A stretch of 64,000 nt of DNA from Diplonema japonicum (lineage: Eukaryota > Protista > Euglenozoa: Diplonemea): positions 372,001 to 436,000 of the forward strand of contig OZ025707.1 of NCBI GenBank assembly GCA_964019335.1. The letters run 5' to 3'. The first letter of the stretch is position 1. Each line of letters starts with the position of its first letter. This document shows positions 44,815-58,200 of the stretch, in pieces. The notes beneath the pieces were generated by a model. The model saw nothing but the letters and a program-made list of their open reading frames with translations, was not told the origin of the DNA and ran no database searches. A program made the translations under genes and the position numbers.

Positions 44815-46241
44815 GTAGGACAAATAAAACAAACCCCCCCCCCCCCCCCCCCCCACAACCAGATTTTTTATATTTTGCCACATCCCCCCACCCACATTTC
44901 TCTGGCCTTGTCCCCCCCCCCAAAAAATTAATATTTGGAAAGGAAGAAAAAAAATGGAATGGATTTTTTGTTGAAAAAAAAAAAGAAAAAAGGAAAAAAA
45001 AAGGAAAAAAAAGAGAGGGAAAAGAAAGTGAGAGGTGATAGATAAGTAGAGATGATAGGAGTGAGGGAGGGGGGGGGGAGGGGGTGTTTTTCTAAAATCA
45101 GGAAACCTCCCACCTCATGTTTTTTTTTTATTTTATCTTTTGTGCGATATTTGATCCATTCTTTGAGAGAGAAATACGGAGGGAGAGGGGGATGCTTTGC
45201 TTGCCTTTTTTCTTTTTTCTTTTTTTCTTCTTTTTTATACTCTTTCCCCAATTTTACTTCCCCCCTCCTTTTTTTCCCCCGCCCAAAAACAGAATGAAAG
45301 AGGAAACAAAAAAAGAAGAAAGAAAACAGAAACCAATTGCAGGGGGGGAAAAAAAAAGAAAAAAAAATAATAATGAAGAAGTACCGAGTGTTATAGTTTT
45401 TATAGGTGGACTTGATCTACCCCACCTTTTTTTTTTTTTTTTTTTTTTTTTTCCCTTTTTTTTTTTCTTTTCCGTGTTCCTTTGTTCCTTGTAGGCTTTT
45501 GGCATGTTTTTTTTTTTGCCCGCCTCCCCCCCTTCCCTCATCGTGCCCCATCCCTAACGAAGCGGAAAGAGGAATGTGAAATGAGTATTTACCCACCCAC
45601 CCCACTTTTCTTTCCCTTTTTTTTTGGTATCTTATTTCTTCTCTTTTTTTTTTTCAAAAAGAAAAAAAAAGAGGCTGAGAAAAGGGAGAGGACACACAAA
45701 CACGCAAAAGAACACTTTTGATGTGATTTGGGTTTGATCATCCACTAAAAGCCTCCTTTTAACCAGAGTCGATGCCTGAAACCCCCCCCCCCCCCCCTCA
45801 GAGGGGGAAATAAAAAGAGAGGAAAAATATGTAAAAAGAAAATATATTATTGTTCCCCCCCCCCTTTTCTATCTTTCCGCACCACCACCCTCATATCTCT
45901 TCCCCTCCCATTTCTCTACTCCTTGCCTTTCGTTTACTTTTTTTTTCTCTTTCTTCTCGCGCATTCCCCCGTCTTTCTTTTTTTTTTTTATCTTTCTTCT
46001 TCCTATTATTACTTTTTTTTTTATTATCTTTTTCTCTTTTTTTTTATTCTCATATTTGAAAATCGAAATAACAACAACAAACAACAAAAAAAAAAAAAAG
46101 GAGAACAGTTTTCTTCCCCCCCTTTTTTTTTCTTGAACTCTCTTATCCCCCTGACCTTATTTTCCTAATTACTCCGGAGAGAGAGAAAAGAAAAAAAAAA
46201 AAAGAAAAGAAAAAAAAAAAGAAAACGACGGAAAGTAAAAA

Positions 46242-49200
46242 ATGTCTGACTGGAGCAGCGGATGGGGCAACTCGCATCATTACTACTACAAGCCTGATGT
46301 GGAGAAACTCCCAGGGATTGCAAGAAAGGCTGTGGAGCACCTCAATGCCATAACATCAGGCAAGACAGTCAGCGAGCGTCTTGCGCGAGAATCTTGTTCT
46401 TTTTTATTCTCGGATTTAGAAGATGAAGTTGGCCGGCACGGGATGGAACGAATTACATCGGGCGGGTACTACAGTGGGTACAAGGAACCGAATGATGGTT
46501 TTTACCCTTGCCTTATCTCTATCACAAACGCGTTGCGTAAAGCAGCGGAGGCAAAAACCTTCCACCAAGATGGTGGTTACCGTGCCATCGCCGCCATAGC
46601 CGCAACTCACGAAACAATACAAAACCTAATGGTCAAGCCCACCGAGGGCAAGGCGAACCAGGTGAAGCAAGGTGACACCATCTACACTAACCTCTTAAAG
46701 ACGGAAAACCTCTGCACCGCCGCAATCTTGGAGCTCAGCCACACTGAGCCTCCCGCGTCTGCCTGGTCCGAACTTGAATCCTTAAAACACCGCTCAGGAT
46801 ACGTGAACCACTGGGACTCGGTCCCCGTTACCGTTTTGAAAAAGTGGTCAGCGAAGATGCCCTACGGAAAGCAAGGAGCGGTTGCTTTCAAACGGGTCCT
46901 TGAAATGCGTTCGTGCTTGAAGGGAAAGGTTCAGAAATGGGAAACTGTTCTCTCCGAGCTGGTCAGCGATGCGAAGGACTCCAGGAGGTGTGCGGAGATC
47001 CTCCTGTGGATCGCACAGGACTCCACTAAGTGCAACAAGTACACACCGAAAACCATTTCACCCGACTCCACCACCATCGGGCAGATTTTGCGAAAATGCG
47101 CCGACGGTGTCCCCCCCGACATGGTGTGGTCCTTCATCAACGATCCAAACCTCGCGCTCAAAGCGTCTGAAGAAGCTCTCGCCGCTTCGCAACCAGGCTA
47201 TGAGCTCGAGGGAAAGTGGGTCTACGGCGGTTCCAGCTACACCATCGAGAGACGTGACGGTGCGCTGATCTGGAACGAGAAAGTTTACAGCCATCTGTTA
47301 GAAGGCGAAATTAAGACCTCGAACACTGCAGGACAGCCGCGCCTGCCGCCCTCATTCCCTGCAAGATGGTCCGCGGGGCTCAACAACGGCGGTGCGATAT
47401 TTATCCGCGCGCTTGGCGAGCACGCGTTGGAATCTGTCTACAAGGATGACGCAGAATCGCTCGCTTCCGGTGTGAAAACAATCGCCACCCGTTCTGCCGA
47501 CTCTGGAAGGGACACTGTCATTGGGTATTGTTCAAAGCTGCTGCAGACTACGCTTGCGTCACCACCGACTCCTGAAGTCGTCACCAACTGTCAGAAAGCG
47601 TTCCAGCAGCTCCCCCAGCTCGCCAGCGGGTTGCTGAAACATCTTGAAGACCGGTTTACGTTACGGCACTGCCACGCCACCACGGCTGTCAGAGTGCTCC
47701 AGACCCTCCCCGGCGACGCGAACGCCATTATCGGCCCCAACGGCTTCCTCAAAAAACAGTCGAACAAGAAACCGTCTCAGAACCTCATCGCGGTGGTGCT
47801 GGAGGTTCTCGAGAGCCAGTGGCCCCTCGCCTCGCAGGACGCGATCACCATCATCAAGAACGTGGCGATGCACGAACACCACAGCAGCGATCCAGCTGCG
47901 GTCCTTCTGTGCTTATCTTCCGTTGCGCGGACGGATTTCGACGGGACGTGGGACTGGCTGCGCGGCTACAAGGAAAAGGATTACTTCAACGCCTTTGAGA
48001 TCTGTGGCCACCACGTGAGATGCACGCATCCCGAGCTCGCCTCTGCCTCCGTCGTTGACGTCGATTACTTCGCCGATTCCATCGAGTTCCGTCTCATCAT
48101 CCGGGCCGGTGCGTCAGACCACGTTGGAGGTGCCGGGGCACCCACCGCGAACACCGCTGAGCTCGCACAGGATCAGAACATCGGTGCGGGCGACCGTGTC
48201 AGGGTGCGTGACCACGCCGCAAGCGACTGGAAGCTCGGCATTGTGACAGAAGCTCCAGACGCGGCTAACCCAAACACGGAGGTCAAGGTCAGAAGCGACG
48301 GATGGCAGACGGCGTACACTTGGAACTTCATCGAAAAGGTGCTTGCGCCGCCCCCATCAGAGGCAGCGAGCCACGGCACCAACGGCAGCTGGAGTACAAG
48401 CGTAAGGGTGAAGCTGACACGCTATCCGCAAGTTGTGGCCGGCTCGTGGAAGACGTCCTATGGCGACGACAACGAGTGTGAATTCAAACCGCGGGTGATC
48501 CCCCCTCCCTCGCGTGGCTACGTGGCCGGCGACACAGGTTTCGAGACACTTGCCCCCGCCTTGCAAGAGTGGGTGGCAAGGTGGGACCCTCGAGGGTGCG
48601 GATCTAGACTGTACCCCTGTGCCACGGACTTTGTCGAGCAGGTAGTGAATGGCGACGTGATGGAGCGTGACAGGCTTCTTCCCAGGATGTGGGAATGGGT
48701 GGTCAGAAAGGTGATGGCACACCACTTCCGTTTCATGGCAGACCTCGACGCTTGGGTGTTTGGCGGCAGCGACGGTTTGCAAACATGCAAGGGTTCTCGA
48801 AAAGAAGCCGCACAGGTCCTGCTCGAGCAGTATTTCCTTGTACGGAAAATCGAATGGCACACCGCGCCGATCAACTTGGAAAAGGCGAAGCCCATTGCAG
48901 GGATTTACAAAGGTGCAGACGTTTTCTTCGCAGACGCGAGTGCTGCGCAGACCGAGTTGCAGGAGAAGATCAATTCCAGGAACGTGTCTCGATCGCAAGT
49001 GCTTGAGTTTGAGAGACACCGTGCTATCCTTGATGCTAACAAGATAGAACTGACCTCCAACGTGATCCTAGAGGATATCGGGAAGGAGCTCAGAGGCGTG
49101 GAGCATACATCGGCTATGTTGCGTGAGCTGGTCGACAGGTGGGGTGTGAACGGTGCTGATGACTTGCTTGCTCAGCTTGAGGACACTGTGAGACAAAGAG

Positions 49201-52200
49201 ATCTGACCCCGCTGTGCTTGATCGAGCAGCTGCATAAGGAAGTGTGTGTGAAGCTTGGCGCTGTCCTGCAGCTCCCTGACGCAGCTACGTCTCCGCTTCT
49301 CCGTGCGCACTTCCTGCAGAAGACGGGTGGCAAGACCCACGCTGACGATTTCCCTAAGAAGTTTAACCTTGTGCTAAAGGACATCGCCACCATGACCATC
49401 TCCACACCGTGTGTCAACGCGGTGGCGGACCTCGACCCCCCGGAGGGCAACTACGCTGAAGGTCGTCGTGATCAAGAACAACGGCTTCTTACATCCCTCG
49501 GTGTGCAGCCCGACGTCATCGAGGCACTTCTCTACGGTGCCCTGCCGCTTCGACTTGCTGTCCATGGGCTGGGCGCCTTCAGGAGGCTGGCCATCAACCC
49601 GCCGTCCAGTGGGCTCAAGCTGCACGACTGCTTTTTCGACGACAATCAGGACAGCTTGCTGCTGCACTTGAACGCCGATAAAGTAAAGCTCTCGGACTGT
49701 TCCGAGACGCTGAAAAAGCTGCGCGACGTGTCTGCTGGCTGCAGAGCTAACGTGCTGAGACTCATCGCAGCGGTGCTGCAGTGCGGTGCGCTTGTTGACT
49801 TCGTCAGGAGGCACCCAGAGACGCAGGACACTGGGCTTGCAAACGTGCTGGCCAACGCGAGGGACAAACAGCACGCCGATTTCCAGACTTTCTTGGAAGC
49901 CTGCACGTACATCAACCCTTTTGTCGCAGCCTCGGCTTTGCACGCAGAAATGGTGGACAAGCAGGAGCAGGGAGACGACGAAGACAGCGTACTCCTACGT
50001 CCGAAGATGATGTGCAGCAAGTTCTTCGCCTCTCTGTCTGACGCCTTTGCAGGCGGCGAGGAGGGTGCTAACATGAACATGCTGGAGGAGATGCTTTTGA
50101 CCACATCAGAGAAGGACAAACTCGAAGCCTTGGAACAATTGGTGGCAAGTAAAACCACGACCACAGATGCCCTCGTTGTTCAGTGCAACACGCTTGTGGA
50201 CAGCATGATCGAAATCGTGCTGCCTCCCACCGGAACCCCGACGCTTGTCTGCAAACCGCAGGAAGCAGCCCTCATGATCCTTGGGCAATACAAGGACGTC
50301 ATCTACAGAGCAACGCTGCAGAGGATCAGCGACCCATCCCTTGATACGTTCGTTACGCAATCGAAGGAGGTGCTGCGTGCCTACCTTGGCGCTTGCTCTT
50401 TGTTCGACGAAGGGCATCTTGAGTTCCGAGGTCGCACCCTCTCCTTCAAGCACAGCGAGGCTAACAGAGTGCATACCTTGTTGCAGTCCCTCCGTGGGCA
50501 GTGGGTTCTTTCGTCGCTTGCCAAAGAAAGGGGAGCTGACTCTCTGCTTGCCGGCTCCATCAAGGTGCACCCCGTCCTAGGTGCGCTGTCCTCCGCAGAG
50601 CTCGTGAGGCTTGCTTTGCTGCTGCGCAGCGCGAAGCCGTTGTCTGCTTCCATCGGCAGTGCGTTCCTTGATGCCCTGAAACCAGGTAGGAAGTTGACAA
50701 TTAAGAAGGGGGAGCAAGTGGTGCGCGATGAGGTGCTGATGACGGAGTCCGTTAGGCAGTGCATTCCTGTTGCCTGCGCGTTGGAAATGCAAGCGCCTGA
50801 GTTCGTGAAGGAGGCGCAGCACAAGGAGAAGATCATGTGGGGTTGCAAGCACGAGACCATAGAACTTGCAGAAGACGACGCACGCGCCACACGTAAAAAT
50901 GTTGCCTTCGCAACGGCACCAATGTGTGTGTCGCCTAACACGGGAAGGTCGGGGTACCATGAGTGGAACATTGAGATTCTGTGCGGTCCTACTGCGAACT
51001 CGCACATCGGGGTGTGTTCGCCATCCATCGACCTCAGCGGGGGCGCTGAGTGCTACGAACAGCGCTGGACCCTCACCAACGAGGGGACTATGTGGGGCGC
51101 TAACAAGAAGCAGGGCAGCAGGCTGGGCGGGTACACCACAGGCGACGTCATCACGCTGCATTTGGACGCCGACGCGTGCACTCTGCACTTCTCAGTGAAC
51201 GGAGAGAAGAAGACACAAGGCATCAGCAACGTGAAGCTTCCTGTGAGCCCTTGCGGGTGCCTCAGCAACCCTGGCATGTCCATCAGGATCACGAGACCTA
51301 TTGACCGCGAAGCTAAGAATAACATCAGCATCAGCGGCAGCAACAGTCTTATCGACGGGGTCTACACACCAGCGCTGTCTGCGTACTACAGACATGACGG
51401 GGCTGTGCTGTGCTCTGCAGGGAACGGGTGGGCTGTGTACGAGTCTGACAAGTACAAGGCTAGGCGCTTGCTCGCGAGTGTGGAGTCCCACAACGGAAGT
51501 ATTTTGCCACACGAAATGGGCGACTGGAGAGAAGTCGACACTGATGGGAACCTGAAGCTCCAATCCAGTTCCGATGTTGAAGTAGGCTTGGGCACCACCC
51601 ATGAAGACGAGTGGATCGCACCCACTTTGAAGGAACAGGAGGTGAAGTTCGACAACGGCGGTGCCCCGATCAAGTTGAAACCAGACGACGAAACACCCGA
51701 GCCTGAAGCATCCCCTGCACCTGCGCCCGCCCCTGCTCCTGATTCTGCCCCCGCTCCTGCTTCCGCAGAGGACCTCCCCACTGCTACATCAGAGGAGCTC
51801 CCCTGGATGAGTGACTTGTTCACAGATGAGCATCGTACCAATTCCGAGCTGGGTGTGACTTTTGCCGTTGTGAAGGACGCATTTGTGGTGCAAACTGTGA
51901 CCAACTACCTGCTGGGGGCTGACTTCGGGCTTCTTCCTGACATGCGCATCTTGTCTGTGAACCACGGCCCGAGGCAAGGCAGGACGGGCACTCCGGGGCA
52001 GCTCCTTGAGAGGCTCCAGAGTGCCTGCGAGTCGGGTTCTGTGTTCACTACCAACACGCGCTCTGCGGCTGCGTGGGACTACGTGTCCGACGACATGCAG
52101 TGCAGCGGGACATCTGTCACGAAGTCTGAGGTACAGAACAGCACCTTGGAAAAGTTGAAGCTGTTCACACCGCAGAAGAAGGAGACGCACTCCCTCGCAT

Positions 52201-55200
52201 TCTCGCCCACCGTCGTCACGGAGTGGAAAATCAAGATAACAGGCGACGTCTATGGCGCAAGGGTCGGTGCTGCTACTGCAGACTTCGACGTGAGTAAAAA
52301 CATCGGAGCACAACCCAATGCCAAGAACGCATGGTGGCTGCACCGAAACGGACGCATGTATCACGGAAACACGCACATCAAGAATACAGGCGGGCAAGCC
52401 TTCAAGCGAGGCGACGTGATCTCGGTGAGGTACGGCAGCGGGAAGTTGGAGTTTGCCGTCAATGACAACTGGCTGCCGTGTAGCATCTCCAACATCCCTG
52501 CTATGGTACACCCCGTTGTCTACCTCCCTAGCAAGACAGCTTCTGCGTGTTTGGCTGTGGAAAAGTCGAAGCCCAAAGTAAGGGCGCTGTTCTGGACGAG
52601 GAAAGCAGATGGCATCACCTTCGAAGATGACAACAAAACGTGCTTCCGCTCGGGGGCAAGCCCATGCTGCGCTTTTGGCGAGCAGTTCCAAGGCGGCAGA
52701 AAGTCTTTTGAGTTCAGCATCTCTGACACATGCGCCTCATCGCTGTTCGGTGTGCTGTCCGCCACGGCACCTGTCGACCGCATGTTCCCTGGTGGCGAAA
52801 CGTGGGGTGTGGCAATCAGACCCAACGTTGGCGAGCTATTCTTCAGCGGCGGTGAGAAGGTGTGGGGGCCTAACGACAGTCTCAAGTTCGGCGCAAACGA
52901 CAGGATCAGGATCACCGTTGACTACGAGGAACAGAACTTCGCTATCTACAAAAACGGGACTAAGGTTGTGGATGCGGAAGATTTGGATGAGGAGGTCAGC
53001 TTTGAAGGACCTCTCGCGCCTTGTGCGATGTTTGGTGATTCCGGGATAAAGTGCAAGCTCTACTCCGTTATGCACCCCGGGCAGCTGGCCTCGCCGGCAC
53101 CGCAGCCGGAGTTCAAGATTGGTGACGTGGTTACTATCAACGCGGACCCTGAGAACGCCAGCGCCCTGAACTCCAGCCAGGGATGGGTCGAAGAGATGGA
53201 CTCTACGTGCGGCAGACAGGGGACCATCGACCGCATCAAAAACAACTCGTACACCGTGTCATTCTCGGGAGGCGGGAGGTTCCACTACTCTCTGGCCAAC
53301 ATCCACAAATCAGGCGGCGGTGCTGCAAAAACCGAGACCAACGACGCTGCGAAGGTGGTTCACATCAAAGCTGTGCAGGCATCAGGGAATTACGTGAAGA
53401 AGACACTGTCGTACGTAAGAGAAGACCGCAACGTGCAGCTATTCTACTGGAACAAGAGGTGGTACGTGGCTGACATGAACGACACACCCTTGCTGTGGTC
53501 CGAGGAGTGCGAGCCCGAGCGTCTGGGAACCAGTGCTATGCTCTGGACAGAGATAAACAAGAAGATATCCGACTACCCACAGCACATCCGTGTCGACGCA
53601 GGTACAGCATCAGGTGTCTACGCACACGACGGTACAAAGAACGGGCGCGGCACGTGGGTCAACCCTTTCAACGGGATGCAACTTATCTATACCGAATACA
53701 ACTCCTGGGCCATCATGCAGGGTACAAACGCACTGGTCGCCTCTGTGGGTGACGGTTCCATGCAACCCAACCCTGCCTGTGTCACAAAGTGGCAGGTTGG
53801 CACTGCTGAGGGCTGGCAGGAGGACAACTTCATCGTTGTGGAGGAAGTGTCTGAGGGCTCTTCCATGATCGAGTCGGGCAACAATTTCTACACCCCGCAT
53901 GAGCTGGGCAGCACTGACGGAACACCGACCACCTTCGGAACGAAGAAAGAGTACAAGGCGGTCATCAACCTGTCGATGGACGTGCGCTCTGCCGATCAGA
54001 TGGTGACGTCAGAAACCGATCCAATGACCAACGACGAGCTGGCAGGGTGGCACATTGTGCACAGCACAACCGGCGCTTGCCCCAGGGGACCTTCCATGAG
54101 GTACGCCCTCTCTGAGATCGCAGTGACGCAGGGCCCCATGATCAACTGGGAGCAGTGGCATGATGACGAAGGTGCACAGACGTCTGTGATGGTGTCGGCA
54201 AAGGAGATGCTCGCACGCATTGCGCAATTCCTTGATAGGCTCCGAACGTTGGGCACTGATGCAAGGGACATCCTTAACCTGGACAGAAGAGGCCAGGACC
54301 GCTACGGCCCTCTGTCTGAGCGCACTGTCGAAGGCAGCGTAGTGGATGTTTCTAGGCTCAGCAACGCGGACAAGCGTGCATTCGGGCTGGCGCTCTTTAC
54401 GGCAGAAGGTTTAAAGCCGCACCATGTGCTTGACTGCACACCCCTTACACCGCCTGAGGACATTCACAACTTTATTGTTCGGTTCAGGGGCATTAAGAAG
54501 GGCAGGCTGCTTGTCAACAACCTGCAGGTCCTCTCGCCTGACGCGCAAGCAGAGGTGCGTCAAGCGGCGCGTGAAGATAATGAACACAAAGAGCTCATTG
54601 CCGTCATCACCGAAGGTGCTGGTGTCGACGAGTCTGTTGAGCAGCTGGACACTAGATGCTGTGACATGCAGTGGAAGAAGTGGGCGCACGCCAGGGCAGT
54701 CAAGCTTCGTAAGTTCGAAACAGTGACATACTACCACCAGGCGGAGGGTGAGGGCAAGTCATTCGCCATTGAGAAGAACCACGTGGAGCCGCACCGTGCG
54801 AGCAACTCTAACGCACCTGTTGTGAGGCTGGACCTGAACTATGCGTCCACAGCGCAGTCTGTGTCTGAGTATCTTCTCGCACCCCTGCGTGCCGACGCAG
54901 GTCTTCTCATTGTAAACATCGCTCACGACACGCCACTGAATATTGCCAACAGCATCCTTGACAGCTTGGTGTTCTTCGGGAAGCTGGCATCGCCTTCGGG
55001 ACTGGCCGTGATTGTGCCCATCAACGGCTGGCACCTTGTAGTTGAGTTGCAGTCGCCAACATCGTCCTTCGCCGCCTCAGGGGGCGTGGCCCCGGAGATC
55101 AACTGCACGCAGTTCAACATCTTGGCCATCGACGGCGTCGCACAGAAGGGGACGTTGCTGCCCTTCAGGATCGGCGAGATCGCGAACGCCGACGAAGCAC

Positions 55201-58200
55201 TCGGTTTCTTAGAAAAGCACACTGAGGGACTGAAGGACGTTCCTCGCGAAGAGCAGCTGCGCATGATATGCCGTGGGACACCCCCTCCTGACATTCAGGC
55301 AACTGGTATCACGTGGAGTTCGGACACAACTGTTCCCGCAGAGGAGTCGAAGAGGAGGAACGAGTTGGACAGTATGCACATCTCCGCTAGGGCCATGGCG
55401 CGTGTTGCACGTTTGATCGCTTTGCGATTCACAAAGTTTGCAAGCACGTTCGCGTACACAGACAACGAGGGCGCTGGCGTGAAGGAAGTGCGTGCTCTGG
55501 TCGCTGAGTGCTTGCGGTACGCGGCGCATCAGTACCTGTTCCCCGACGTCCCCAACATCTTCCATCTGAGAGTCAGCGACGACCCTGTCCCCACCATGAT
55601 GGTGCTTGCTGGTACCGTTCCGCCGCCTATCGAAAAAGCACGTTCTGCAGTTAGAGGCGCTCTGGAGACCTTTATGCGGGGTCTTTACGGCGGGAATGCT
55701 CATGCAGGTGCAGGAGGGCCTTCTGTTGACCTCGTGGATTTAGAGGACAGGCCTTTGTACTCCCTGGTGGAGGTGCTTGCGACAGAGATGCACGTCAGCG
55801 AGAAGGAGACGTCGTCGCTGCTAACAGAAAAAGGTTACGTGCTCATCCCTGATTTCTTGCAGAAGATGGTGCAGCTGAGCGAGCACATCGAGCTGCATGA
55901 CACCTCCATCTTGCAGGGGCCGTCCGGTACTGGGAAGAGCTTCTGTGTTTCGCTGCTGGCGGACCTTGAACAACAGTCGCGCAGGCACGGGTTCAGTGGC
56001 ATCGACACGGCGTTGATTGAGTGCATCAGAGGACATGAAATGAGAGAGTGCTTCCCCGAGGGACGGAGCGATCAGGTAGGCGACATCTCCAACGTGCTTT
56101 GGGACGCTGTGAACAGGGAGGACTACCAGAATGTGTTCGACGTGATTGATTCTATCTGCGACAGGACTCCTGCTGTGGCAACGCGTGCGTTGGACACAAT
56201 CAGGAAGGCTCTCTTGGATCTCGTAGGACCCATGCTGGTGGATCCCAAGCTTCACCCTGAAGTGACGCAGAAGATGTACGAGTCGGACGGCATCATGATG
56301 GCCTGCATGACGCTGCAGAGCGGCACTGAAGGCGATGAGCCGCAGGAAGCCGTGAAGCGTTTGAAAACTTGCATCACCGAAGTCGTGCACTCTCTGAGCA
56401 GGATCGGAAGGGCTTACATGACACAGAACGCGGTTGGCTGTGTGCAAGCTGCCATTGAGAACGAGGTGTACCCCAGCATCGTTGACGACGAGAGGTTGCT
56501 GAAGTCCCTGAAGCGTGACCATGTGAGGCACGCACTGCTGGCATGGGCACGCGATGTACCCGCCAAGTGCGGAGAGCGCACGCACGACGTTGTAAAGGTG
56601 CTTGTTAAACACGTCAAAGCGCTGCTTGCGAGGAACCGCCTTCTGCGCCCGTCGCAAAAGCTCCTCAACATGATCGAGTCGCAGAGCAATCTGACGCAGC
56701 AAGACACGTCAATCATGGAGATGGTGGAGCTGCTGTTGGACTCGAAGAAGGCAACAAACTTCAAGAGCGTGTTGATGAGCTTCGACATGACACCTCAGGA
56801 TCTGTTTGAAGAGCTGTCCCCCATCCTGCATAACGCTGTGGAGTGCCCCAGCGTGCGGTTCATCGTCTTCATCGACGAAATGAACGCCTCGAACATGATG
56901 GGGATGCTGAAGAGGATCATCATCGACAGGTCGTGGGACATGTGGGGGAGGGAGAGACCGCAGTCGGACGGCAAAATACCTGAGAACGTGTGTTTCACAT
57001 GTGCTGTGAACCCGCATAAGAAGGACAGCGCTTTGGAGGGAGGCGACGCCTCTGTCAGTGTGCAGGACTCGGAGCTTGGGTTCGATGTGCAAGCACTCCC
57101 CCCGGCGGCTAGGGCACACGTGATCCCTTGGAAGCAGCTGTCCGACGACCAACGTGACTTGTTCGCTGCGCGTAGACTGGGGAACAACAGGACTCTCTTT
57201 ACCAACCATGTGCCGCGCAACCACATCGACGCCCTTGCCGGCACTATGCTCGTTGCGCACAAGCACGTTCAGAACCACCTTGTTGCAAGCCGAAGCAGGA
57301 GTACCGTGTCACAACGTGACATCCACAGGACCATGAAGCTGTTTGATTTCTTCTTTGAAAGGAACCACGACTTCGTGACCGGCAGCGGGAGGCCGCCGAC
57401 CCAGGTTTGGCACAGGGCATTGAGCGCCATGATTGCGGCCGTCGCTGTTTCGTACTACTTCCGTCTGGTCCCTGAACAGCGAAAGCTTCTTGCAAAGGAG
57501 GTGACCGAGTACCTGTTCAACGCGCAAGCTACACAGTCCACCAATTCAGACCTTGACACCCCGTTCCACATCCCCGAGGAGCTGGAGTTTTCTGTTTGCG
57601 TGCAGCGTGCTGTGAACCTATACTGTGACCCTGACCACATGAAGCTCCCGGAAGCTGTGTTCCAGCATCAGGGTCTGATGGAGAACCTATTTGTGCAGCT
57701 GGTCTGCTTCCACCTGCGTCTCGGTGTGATCCTACACGGGGCGCCAGGGACTTCGAAGACGCTATCGAACAACATCATCAGAGACAACATGACGGGTAGG
57801 GGGGACTTCATGAACAAGTTCGCCCAGATATCTGAAGTGTGTCGCTACCAAGGGTCCAGCCAGAGCACGGCGGATGAGATCAAGCGAAAGTGCTTAGAGG
57901 CCTTGGAGTCACAGCAGCGCCACGACGCTGTGGGGCGAAAGAATAAGAGATCCCTACTGTTCGTAGACGAAGCCGGGTTGGTGGGATCCGGGGAAATGGC
58001 CAGGAAGTGGGGCCTGAAGGTTCTTCACTACTACTTGGAAGCCGGCCTTGCGGCAGTGCTCATGACAAACGACCCCTTAGACCCCGCCATCAGCAACAGG
58101 TGTGTTGAGGTATTCCTGTCGAAACCCTGTGAAGAAGAGCTTGCCGCCATCTGTTGCGGTATCTTGCACCCGAAGGGAATGAATGCGCTGAACGACGTGG

